64,000 bases of DNA from an uncultured Pseudomonadales bacterium. GTDB lineage: Bacteria > Patescibacteriota > Microgenomatia > UBA1400 > PJMF01. The notes beneath the pieces were generated by a model. That model saw only the letters and a program-made list of their open reading frames with translations, had not been told where the DNA came from and ran no database searches. The translations under genes were made by a program, and so were the position numbers. The stretch lies in assembly GCA_964574595.1 (NCBI GenBank), contig CAZNOF010000003.1:80280-144279 (forward strand), in the 5' to 3' direction. Shown one piece after another: positions 38,701 through 45,851 of this stretch (the stretch's first letter is position 1; the number at the start of each line of letters is the position of its first letter).

Positions 38701-40184
38701 GCGCCGCATTACTAGGAAGCGCCGCCGCAAACGCTGTTTTGCCAGGTGTGGGCTTCTTCATTCCTAAATCAGCAAAGAAAACAATTGGTAAAGCCGTAGC
38801 CATAGGTGGCGCTGTTGTAGGTGGCGGTGCTGTTTTAGCTCTTGGCCAGTTGGTCAGTCAATTTGGCGCTGTTGGTGGGAGTGCCATCTTTTTTGGAGCC
38901 GTGGGTGGAGTCTTTGGTGGAGTCTTCGGAGCCATTGGCGGTGCCATTGCAGGAGCTGGTTTTGGTGCAGCCTTGCAGAGTAGTGGAATTGGACTCAGTA
39001 ATTTAACTGGTGGGGCTGGCGGTGCCGTTGCTAGTACCGCAGCAACTCCTGCCGCAACTGCGGCTGCTCCATCTTTAGCAGCCAAGGCCGCTGGGGCAAT
39101 CAGATCAGTAGTTTCAAGTCCAGCCGGTGTAGCAGTCACTGGATTTGTGGGTGTGAGTACAGTGGGTTCAGTCCTCGTGTACACCCAACTCACGACCGCC
39201 TTTTTACCACCGATTGTTCAAACCACGACTGAGTATGCCTCTGTCACTAAGACAGCTACTCCCTCAAAAGCAGCTCAGCCGACAACGGTGAATTACACAG
39301 TGAACATTTCCGCAAATCCAACCTATAAAATTGAAATTACTGACATAACAGACACAATTGTAGCAATTTCTAAAGATCCTAATAACCATCCAGCAACTCC
39401 ACCACCAGTAGATTTAAGTAAATATAAGACCACTCTTGATTCTGCTGGAACTGCTTCTACAAATATCACCTACTCAGTTCCTTTTGATAGTAGCTACGTG
39501 GATAGTTTAGTCACCAACACCTTTACGATTAAGTACACTGTTACAGACGCAGGCGTTACCTCAGATCAAGTTACATCTGCTACCGCAACCACTTGCTTTG
39601 GTGATTGTCCTGCTCCAAAGGTGGGCTGTTGGCCAGCTTCTGGATTGATTTGGGAAGGTCCATATGAATCGCCACAATCAACTCATAATCATCCCAGTAA
39701 GGGATCATCTGTTTGGGTTTTCCTTGATGCTGTCGATATCTCAAACGGCACGCCACAGCCAGTACCCATCTATACACCTTTTGATGGCACCGCATCCTTT
39801 TATACATACAATCAGACAACTGGCGAAGGGGCTGGCGGCAATTACGGAAATCGTGTTGCGGTGAGAACCAGTACAGGAGCTGTCCTTTTATTTGCTCACT
39901 TTGAACGATTCATGCCAACATTCCAGCCAGGACAGTCCTATCCCGTTCATGCGGGAGACCAACTTGGGTTTATGGGCACAACGGGAAATGCTGGACCGGG
40001 CGTCTACGGAAAGCACTTGCACTATGAGTACCGTCCCGCCAAAACTGGAGCTCAGGGTGGCGCACCTTCTATCAGTAATCTCTCCTTGTTGCTGCCAGAG
40101 CCAGTTCAGTACACGTCAAAGTGGCAAGTTACGCGTAAACAACGTGTTGTGACAACATGTAATGGGACAGCAGCTACACCATAA
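35790..40184 (+). CDS. Giant (1464 aa) multi-domain protein: N-terminal soluble region with four to five tandem ~42-aa helical repeats, a Gly/Ala-rich multi-TM (GxxxG zipper) block, and a C-terminal M23 (LytM-type) metallopeptidase domain
   Basis: The repeats lie at about 37341-37908 (NVDAFLTDTFAAVKV..., SIDDLLKQLYAEMQ..., RIELILNEIYASV..., NIDEIIKGLSKEL). The hydrophobic Gly-zipper block lies at about 38690-39190 (GAVGGVFGGVFGAIGGAIAGAGFGAAL). The M23 motifs are HNHPSKGSSVWVFLDAVD, GTTGNAGPGVYGKHLHYEY and HxH, at about 39640-40050. Confidence 0.7.
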   Translation: MSAIITEHVMSLRINQQLRNPEGIARLLERIKDGLSVRSPDYISANTIFYLDKDFTIEGTAPFQADQPIIINPNAKKSGEIADKGGAPQSLTLFDVFLLLNQAYAELYDPDFNKKYVSNQPNGRQLAFFEHLKETKDNYLATKAHEIESGNVTIPNKEELLTEIVESLAEAIEALFAEGQGAEEKKEDNRTEEIPEWLKAALEEPLRDKKHWKLIAEIIKPKEDKKGFLEIAIDRYRNIQSQNRADFPGIQLKTKEELISIVALRKFLNEWAEKILEEDTHDPFRHFRFTSEADKNLIFFPVVDKGTAVNDLELVQDLDVQAVRSFKEWLLLPLEEYEDKEDGEHVNGTEHEDGGGDEGDDKTEKKKADLPKTDQEKEELIKNLNEHQAFVRQETLRLQTIATNFVLSFNNLPTSLGNDLLGTDKHIFFEYFEREINSEIMEMLSRNGDALNDENRRAQITRQFLFRLMANPKFQAHLALLREKYIDVQIDKQNPDIPAEERAELKKQLLEDLIQHPKADVNQLLTEVYSAMKVSALAGLTETQEKQIREELVKKLNSNPRLNVDAFLTDTFAAVKVASGVGGLSAGQQVELTTRLKAGLAKNPKASIDDLLKQLYAEMQASASPLTDAQQAELRKQFQGRFSTNPLDRIELILNEIYASVPNLSDAQKNTLRQQLTAGLSRNAAVNIDEIIKGLSKELPASDPNKAVFNTGALTKDHFLELLKYYDLTPEQQNALFEGVDLLMFMRVSPERISRFTSAQLIEIFGVDISQLPKNHGDEFVNILTSYFMLRRQWFEKEYNSASVSQAQDIIYNDRALTDEELKLLLEQKAMIKKSGLGAKHFVRASVLTKAQVANFKSSGHAEAEETEVAANLLQENRKRLYIELAKQFAEQDEEYRKYLMNQVGVHFNDANFLNLIETSMDMSPFEYQSGVVTNEDQQVIHSAAQAEQNYAEGKKAGFSNTALSAVADEGAALLGSAAANAVLPGVGFFIPKSAKKTIGKAVAIGGAVVGGGAVLALGQLVSQFGAVGGSAIFFGAVGGVFGGVFGAIGGAIAGAGFGAALQSSGIGLSNLTGGAGGAVASTAATPAATAAAPSLAAKAAGAIRSVVSSPAGVAVTGFVGVSTVGSVLVYTQLTTAFLPPIVQTTTEYASVTKTATPSKAAQPTTVNYTVNISANPTYKIEITDITDTIVAISKDPNNHPATPPPVDLSKYKTTLDSAGTASTNITYSVPFDSSYVDSLVTNTFTIKYTVTDAGVTSDQVTSATATTCFGDCPAPKVGCWPASGLIWEGPYESPQSTHNHPSKGSSVWVFLDAVDISNGTPQPVPIYTPFDGTASFYTYNQTTGEGAGGNYGNRVAVRTSTGAVLLFAHFERFMPTFQPGQSYPVHAGDQLGFMGTTGNAGPGVYGKHLHYEYRPAKTGAQGGAPSISNLSLLLPEPVQYTSKWQVTRKQRVVTTCNGTAATP

Positions 40185-40210
40185 GTGTTACACTTAAAAA
40201 GAGAAACGAT

Positions 40211-41191
40211 ATGCAAGCGTTAAAGAGAAACTGGAAACTCATTTTTGGCATCACCATGGTTGTGCTATTTGTGGTGGGTACAATTTTAAAACTCATTACG
40301 CCAGCAACGGCTCCAGTCTTAAACGCCGTTTCCACGGCGCAAGCTCCAACCATCAAAAAACAAACAAGTTTCACTGGCGCAGTTATTAACTTACCTAAAA
40401 CGGCACCGACTGTTGCGACAACCCAGTCAATTTATTACGTGACAAACGCGCCCGTCTCATTAACCATTCTAGGAGCTAAACTCAATCTTCAATCAGCTGA
40501 TCAAGGCGTGACTTGGTATTCTGATAGTGGAGAAACACTGAGCCAGGATCCTTACTCGAATCGAATTGGCTACTCAAACTTAGGTACCGAGGAGGCAACA
40601 GATTCTGCAAAATTGCCACCTGTAAATGTGGAAACAGCTACATCCGTTGCTACTGCATATCTGGCCAACAAACTCCAAATTACTACATTGGTGGCAGACG
40701 CCCCAAACATCACATTAAAACAAACTGGTTATGAGGATGACTACTACGATGTGGGTAAAGCCGACATTGCTGTCATCCCGTTTGTCTATCAAGTTGGTGG
40801 CCAACCCGTCTTTACTGATTCAGATCTCTTTCCTCAAATGACCGTTCAAGTAAACAGCTTAGGGAAAATTTTAAATTTCACCATGGCTCCCAATCTTATA
40901 ACCGCAGTTACACAAGAAGTGAAAGTGAAAACCCTGCCGTTTGAGCAGATAAAGAATCAAATTTTGGCAAATAAAGTTGGCGTGTTGCAAATTAGCAGTG
41001 AATCACCAGACGGTTTTACGATACAAAAACTCAAGCAACTTGATATTACGTCTGCAACAGTTGAATATCGATTAAATACGGCCAGTAGTCAGGTTCTCCC
41101 CTACTATCGACTTTTCAGCACTGCAACGCTCTTATCTGGCACTGTTTCCCAACTCCAACTTATCACCCCAGCCGTGGTAACAACTCCATAA
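40211..41191 (+). CDS. Membrane-anchored extracytoplasmic protein (326 aa), unknown function
   Basis: A single N-terminal TM (LIFGITMVVLFVVGTIL) is followed by a Thr/Val-rich beta-like domain. Its size and topology are compatible with a VirB8/TcpC-like assembly factor, but this is speculative. Confidence 0.4.
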   Translation: MQALKRNWKLIFGITMVVLFVVGTILKLITPATAPVLNAVSTAQAPTIKKQTSFTGAVINLPKTAPTVATTQSIYYVTNAPVSLTILGAKLNLQSADQGVTWYSDSGETLSQDPYSNRIGYSNLGTEEATDSAKLPPVNVETATSVATAYLANKLQITTLVADAPNITLKQTGYEDDYYDVGKADIAVIPFVYQVGGQPVFTDSDLFPQMTVQVNSLGKILNFTMAPNLITAVTQEVKVKTLPFEQIKNQILANKVGVLQISSESPDGFTIQKLKQLDITSATVEYRLNTASSQVLPYYRLFSTATLLSGTVSQLQLITPAVVTTP

Positions 41192-41212
41192 TTTTGATAG
41201 GATATAGGTTGC

Positions 41213-42571
41213 ATGAAAGATCACGCCTTGCCCCAAGACGTTACCGGATATAAGTTTCATATCATCGGTAACATGACGCTTAAACAGTTTGCAGAAGTTG
41301 CAGCTGGCGTTGGCGTAGGTTTTTTAATTTACTTCACCAATTTACCGGATCTTATCAAGTGGCCGCTTATTTTGACCTTTGCTGGAGTGGGTGCGTTAGC
41401 TGCTTTTGTGCCATTTGAGGAACGACCTTTAGATCACTGGATCATGTCTCTTTTCAAAGCGCTTTACAGACCAACCCAATTTTATTGGAAAAGGATGTCA
41501 AAGATTCCAGAATCTTTGCTATATGAATCAAAAACAGAATTACATACGTTGGTAAAAGAAGTTGATTTAACTCCAGCCAGACGACAGCGCGTAAAAGAGT
41601 ACCTCCACTCCGTCGTTCCAACAGAAGAGAATGACTCGATTCAGGATTACACAAACCAAAGATTAAACGAAGTGATGACTGTCTTCGATCAAGTGGTGTA
41701 CCAGCCACAGCCAGAACTTCAAATTCAACCTGACCAACTAGCTCAACCAGAATATGCACCAATGCAGCCATCATTTGCGACTGAACCAGCAATCGCGGAA
41801 ATTCCTCAACCTGAACCAATGGCTGCTCAAATGACCGAGCCAATTGCTCAACCCATGCCAGTAGCTCAAGCTGCCGAACCAGCTCAAGCTCAGGCAGCCC
41901 CAAATTGGCCAGACGCTCAACCCACCTCAATACCAGCCAATGAACAAGCAAATTCTGTTTCATTTAAGCAGACACAAAAACAAGTTGATCCAAATGCCAA
42001 CGTGCCGTTATCTATTTCACAAGGGTTTGTCTCTGGGGTAGAAATTAAAACTAAGCAAAGTAACTCGACATCAGTGAATGACATTGCCACTGCGGCAAAT
42101 TTATTAAACCAGGGTGTCTCTGTGCCACAAGCTCAAGGAATTTCAGTAGCCAGAACGCAACTAGATGATTTTGGACCAAGAACATCACCACAAAATGAGA
42201 ATCAAGTGGGTGACACCTACATTACCAGTCAAAATTTAAATACCAACCAAGGTCCACAGGCCACACAGATGGCGGTTCAAGATAAGACGCTCCCCTTCCC
42301 TGCCAAGCCAACTCAACCAAATAAAATTGTTGGCATGTCTATAGATAGTAATAATGTGCCGCTAAGCAACGTGATTATTGAAATCTTAACGCCAGAAGGT
42401 ATTCCAGCCAGAGCTGTTAAGACGAATATTTTAGGTCAATTTTTTATCACTACCCCATTAGGAAATGGAACATATACAATATCTGCAGAAAAAGCAGGCT
42501 ATACTTTTCCACCCCAGAGCCTAGAATTAACAGGGCAGGTACTAGATCCTATTGAAGTGAGAAGCCAATAA
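41213..42571 (+). CDS. PrgI-family (VirB3-like) T4SS membrane protein with Q/P-rich linker and C-terminal carboxypeptidase-regulatory-like beta domain
   Basis: The N-terminus, KQFAEVAAGVGVGFLIYF...LILTFAGVGALAAFVPFEERPLDHWIMSLFKALYRP, resembles PrgI/VirB3 (two TM). The C-terminus, IIEILTPEGIPARAVKTNILGQFFITTPLGNGTYTISAEKAGY, is CarbopepD_reg-like. Confidence 0.5.
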   Translation: MKDHALPQDVTGYKFHIIGNMTLKQFAEVAAGVGVGFLIYFTNLPDLIKWPLILTFAGVGALAAFVPFEERPLDHWIMSLFKALYRPTQFYWKRMSKIPESLLYESKTELHTLVKEVDLTPARRQRVKEYLHSVVPTEENDSIQDYTNQRLNEVMTVFDQVVYQPQPELQIQPDQLAQPEYAPMQPSFATEPAIAEIPQPEPMAAQMTEPIAQPMPVAQAAEPAQAQAAPNWPDAQPTSIPANEQANSVSFKQTQKQVDPNANVPLSISQGFVSGVEIKTKQSNSTSVNDIATAANLLNQGVSVPQAQGISVARTQLDDFGPRTSPQNENQVGDTYITSQNLNTNQGPQATQMAVQDKTLPFPAKPTQPNKIVGMSIDSNNVPLSNVIIEILTPEGIPARAVKTNILGQFFITTPLGNGTYTISAEKAGYTFPPQSLELTGQVLDPIEVRSQ

Positions 42572-42573
42572 CC

Positions 42574-43542
42574 ATGCAAAATCAAAACGCCATCACCTCC
42601 ACCACTCAGCAATATATTGAAATTTACGATATTACCAATGATTTAGTCATTCAAAAGTCTGGTGGAGTTTCACTCGTTTTAAGTGTTACCGCCATGAACT
42701 TTGGTTTATTAGCAGAGGAAGAGCAAGACGCCATTATTTATGGGTACGCTGGTTTACTCAACTCACTCAATTATCCAATTCAAATCGTGATTCGATCTCA
42801 GACAAAAGACGTGACGAGTTATTTAAATAGTTTGAAGTTAAAAGAAGACGAGACAATCAACCGTGTCCGTAAGGATCAAATTCGAAAATATCGCGAGTTT
42901 GTGGCCGATCTCGTTCAAGAACGAAATGTTTTGGATAAAAAGTTTTATGTGGTCATCCCTGCCACAGCGCTTGAGTTGGGCTTAGTTACCACCCAAAGTG
43001 TTTTGCCCGGTGTGAAAAGTCCAGACATCTCTTCGTTTGACAGAAGTGTGATTATTGAGAGAGCAACCCAATTACTCGAGCCAAAACGGGACCACTTGAT
43101 GGCTCAATTTTCACGAATTGGCTTGTCTTCTAAGCAATTAAAAACTCAAGAACTGATTCAGTTGTTCTACACGATTTATAACCCAGAAGCATCTGAAGGT
43201 CAGAAGATGACGGATAGTAGTAGTTACACGACAGCATTAGTCGAAGGCAATTTAGAGGAAGAGGTATTTGGTGCCACCCGTTCTCAAACTCCAGACAACC
43301 TGAAACATCCGGCACCAGTCGTTCAGGAAGAAACTGTCACACAACCTATTCAGCCAGCTCCTCAGATGGAACAACCAGCTCAAGTTGCCACAGAAGTTTC
43401 AGTTGATGAATTGCCAATGGCTCCCGCCATTCAACAAACGCCAGAAGAACAAGTTGCGGCTCAATCGGCAGCCATCGCTACAGACGCTCCCATTATCAAT
43501 ACTCAGGACGCACCACTTCCGCCACCAGTGGAGATTGTTTAA
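42574..43542 (+). CDS. Hypothetical protein between the PrgI-like and VirB4 genes; possible detached VirB4 N-terminal domain
   Basis: The 322-aa ORF has no NTP motif and a Q/P-rich tail. Its position matches where the VirB4 N-terminal domain would be encoded. Confidence 0.4.
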   Translation: MQNQNAITSTTQQYIEIYDITNDLVIQKSGGVSLVLSVTAMNFGLLAEEEQDAIIYGYAGLLNSLNYPIQIVIRSQTKDVTSYLNSLKLKEDETINRVRKDQIRKYREFVADLVQERNVLDKKFYVVIPATALELGLVTTQSVLPGVKSPDISSFDRSVIIERATQLLEPKRDHLMAQFSRIGLSSKQLKTQELIQLFYTIYNPEASEGQKMTDSSSYTTALVEGNLEEEVFGATRSQTPDNLKHPAPVVQEETVTQPIQPAPQMEQPAQVATEVSVDELPMAPAIQQTPEEQVAAQSAAIATDAPIINTQDAPLPPPVEIV

Positions 43543-43553
43543 AATAGGAACTA

Positions 43554-45704
43554 ATGCCCTCTTTTTCTTTACCAAACCTTCCATTTTTACCTAAGAAACC
43601 TGTTGCCGCAGAAGACGAAGCACAGCAAATGAAGGATCATAACGAGAAAATTCTCAAAGAGTTTTCTCAGGGCCTAGTCACTATTCAGGATATTATCGCT
43701 CCTGAAGCTATTGAGGTGGACTTTACCTTTCAAAAAATTAACTCTACCTACACCAGAACATTATTTGTAGCCGGCTACCCGAGAACCGTCCCATCAAACT
43801 GGTTATCTCCGTTGATTAACTTTCCACATCAGCTCGATATTGCCATGTACATCTATCCTGTAGACGTTCGTGAAGTGCTTGATAACTTAAAGCGCAAGAT
43901 TACAGAAATGGAAGCTGAAATTACCTCTGACTTGAGAAATGGTCGAATTAGTAACATTGATACCGAAGTAAAACTTGAAGACGCCAGAATTATTCGTGAG
44001 CAGTTAGCAAAAGGAGCTGAGCGTTTCTATCAGTTCGGTTTGTACATCACTATTCAAGCCAAAGACAAAGATGAGTTGGAACGAGTCACAAAGAGTGTCC
44101 AGTCCACATTGGGTTCATTGTTAATTGTTTCCAAAAAAGCCACATTACAAATGGATGAAGGTTTTAAAACGACTTTGCCATCTGGCAGCGATAAATTAAT
44201 GATCACGAGAAACATGGATACCACGTCCCTAGCGACCACATTTCCATTCACTTCTTCAGAACTGACCATGGAAACCGGTATTGTGTACGGAATTAATGAG
44301 CATAATGATTCGTTGGTGGTCTTCGACCGATTTAAAATGGAAAACTTTAATATGGTTATCTTCGCCAAATCTGGTGCAGGAAAATCATTCACCGTTAAAT
44401 TGGAAATTTTGCGCCAGTTAATGTTCGATACAGAAGTCTTAGTTCTCGACCCAGAACACGAGTACGAAGAGCTGACCAAGTCGGTTGGCGGCGAGTATAT
44501 TAACTTCACTTTTAATTCTCAGGCAAAGATTAATCCTTTTGACTTATCAAACGTTTATGAAGAAGGCGAAAATGAACTCGGTCAAAAGATTATTCACTTA
44601 CACGCTCTCTTAAAAGTCATGCTTGGTGAGATGACGCCAACTCAAGACGCTATTCTCGATAGAACTTTGGTGGCAGCATATAAAGCCAAAGGCATTACCC
44701 CTGATCCAGCTACTCAAACCAATGAACCACCTTTAATGGAAGATCTCTACAAAGCCTTAATTGGTATGGAAAATGAAGATGCTGCCAATATTGCGGCTCG
44801 CTTAGAGAAGTTTATTACTGGATCTTTCAGAGGTATTTTTGACCAGAAATCGAACATTAACATTAAAAACCAATTGACCGTCTTCTCTGTCCGTGAAATG
44901 GAAGAAGAAATGCGACCAATTGCCATGTTTGTGATTCTGGACTTTATGTGGACCAGAATTCGTAAAAAATTGAAAAAGCGATTACTCGTTGTTGATGAAG
45001 CCTGGTACTTCATGAGATATCCAGATTCAGCCTTCTTCTTACAGTCAATTGCCAAGCGTGCTCGTAAATACTATCTCGCCGTTACCACTGTCACCCAGGA
45101 CGTAGAAGACTTTATGGCGAACGACTTTGGGAAAGCAATTGTTACAAACGCTTCTATTAAATTCTTAATGAAGCAGTCCTCTGCCTCAGTGCCCATTTTG
45201 GCAGAAACATTCTACTTATCTGAAGGTGAGAAGCAGTTGCTCGTCTCCTCAGATGTAGGAGAAGGTATCTTCTTTGCCGGACAAAATCACGTGGCTTTGC
45301 GGGTCGTCGCCAGTCCAGATGAATACGGTTTGATTACCACCAACCCAGAAGAAATCTTAAAACAACGGAACAGCGCCCAGATTGCTGATCAAGGTGGCAG
45401 TCCCATTACCCAATCAGTTAGAGCTGGATTAACTGCCGGTATTCCATTACAAGGCAATATGGGTGGAGGCGCACCAATGCGACCACCTCAATTCCAAAGT
45501 CAGGCACAAAATTTACCGCTGGCTCCTCAGCCAGGGAATCCACTAAATACTGTTCAAACGAGAAGAGTCCAAATTCCAACGACTCAAGCAGCCGCCCCAG
45601 CACCACAACCGATCCAAACGGCTACAGCGAACGGTTCGGGTATTCCTGAACCAAAACAGTACGCTGGTACATTTACCATTGACGATTATCAACCGCCCAA
45701 GTAA
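43554..45704 (+). CDS. VirB4/TrbE/PrgJ-family T4SS ATPase
   Basis: Walker A, VIFAKSGAGKSFTV, lies at about 44361-44390. Walker B, RLLVVDEAWYFM, lies at about 44985-45010. A C-terminal Q/P-rich tail is present. Confidence 0.85.
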   Translation: MPSFSLPNLPFLPKKPVAAEDEAQQMKDHNEKILKEFSQGLVTIQDIIAPEAIEVDFTFQKINSTYTRTLFVAGYPRTVPSNWLSPLINFPHQLDIAMYIYPVDVREVLDNLKRKITEMEAEITSDLRNGRISNIDTEVKLEDARIIREQLAKGAERFYQFGLYITIQAKDKDELERVTKSVQSTLGSLLIVSKKATLQMDEGFKTTLPSGSDKLMITRNMDTTSLATTFPFTSSELTMETGIVYGINEHNDSLVVFDRFKMENFNMVIFAKSGAGKSFTVKLEILRQLMFDTEVLVLDPEHEYEELTKSVGGEYINFTFNSQAKINPFDLSNVYEEGENELGQKIIHLHALLKVMLGEMTPTQDAILDRTLVAAYKAKGITPDPATQTNEPPLMEDLYKALIGMENEDAANIAARLEKFITGSFRGIFDQKSNINIKNQLTVFSVREMEEEMRPIAMFVILDFMWTRIRKKLKKRLLVVDEAWYFMRYPDSAFFLQSIAKRARKYYLAVTTVTQDVEDFMANDFGKAIVTNASIKFLMKQSSASVPILAETFYLSEGEKQLLVSSDVGEGIFFAGQNHVALRVVASPDEYGLITTNPEEILKQRNSAQIADQGGSPITQSVRAGLTAGIPLQGNMGGGAPMRPPQFQSQAQNLPLAPQPGNPLNTVQTRRVQIPTTQAAAPAPQPIQTATANGSGIPEPKQYAGTFTIDDYQPPK

Positions 45705-45757
45705 GTTTTTCCACTTTTTCAACTACGGATAAAAAACCGAAACTCCCACTTGCGCAA

Positions 45758-45778
45758 TGTGAATAACTTTGTGTATAA
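45758..45778 (+). promoter_or_regulatory. Pair of near-consensus DnaA boxes (TGTGAATAA at 45758-45766 and TGTGTATAA at 45770-45778) upstream of dnaA
   Basis: Each 9-mer is one mismatch from TGTGGATAA. The two are direct repeats 12 bp apart. Confidence 0.55.
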
Positions 45779-45851
45779 GTAGACAAGTTTCTGCCCTCAA
45801 AAGAAACAGAGTTCTTCATTTTTCTCTGGTATTTATATTTTTAAAGCGTCT

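Noticed and set aside
10359-45704. Calling the locus an integrative conjugative element or prophage
   Set aside because: No integrase, recombinase, relaxase, coupling protein, terminal direct repeats or tRNA target was seen. It is flanked by uppS and sigma factor genes on one side and dnaA on the other.
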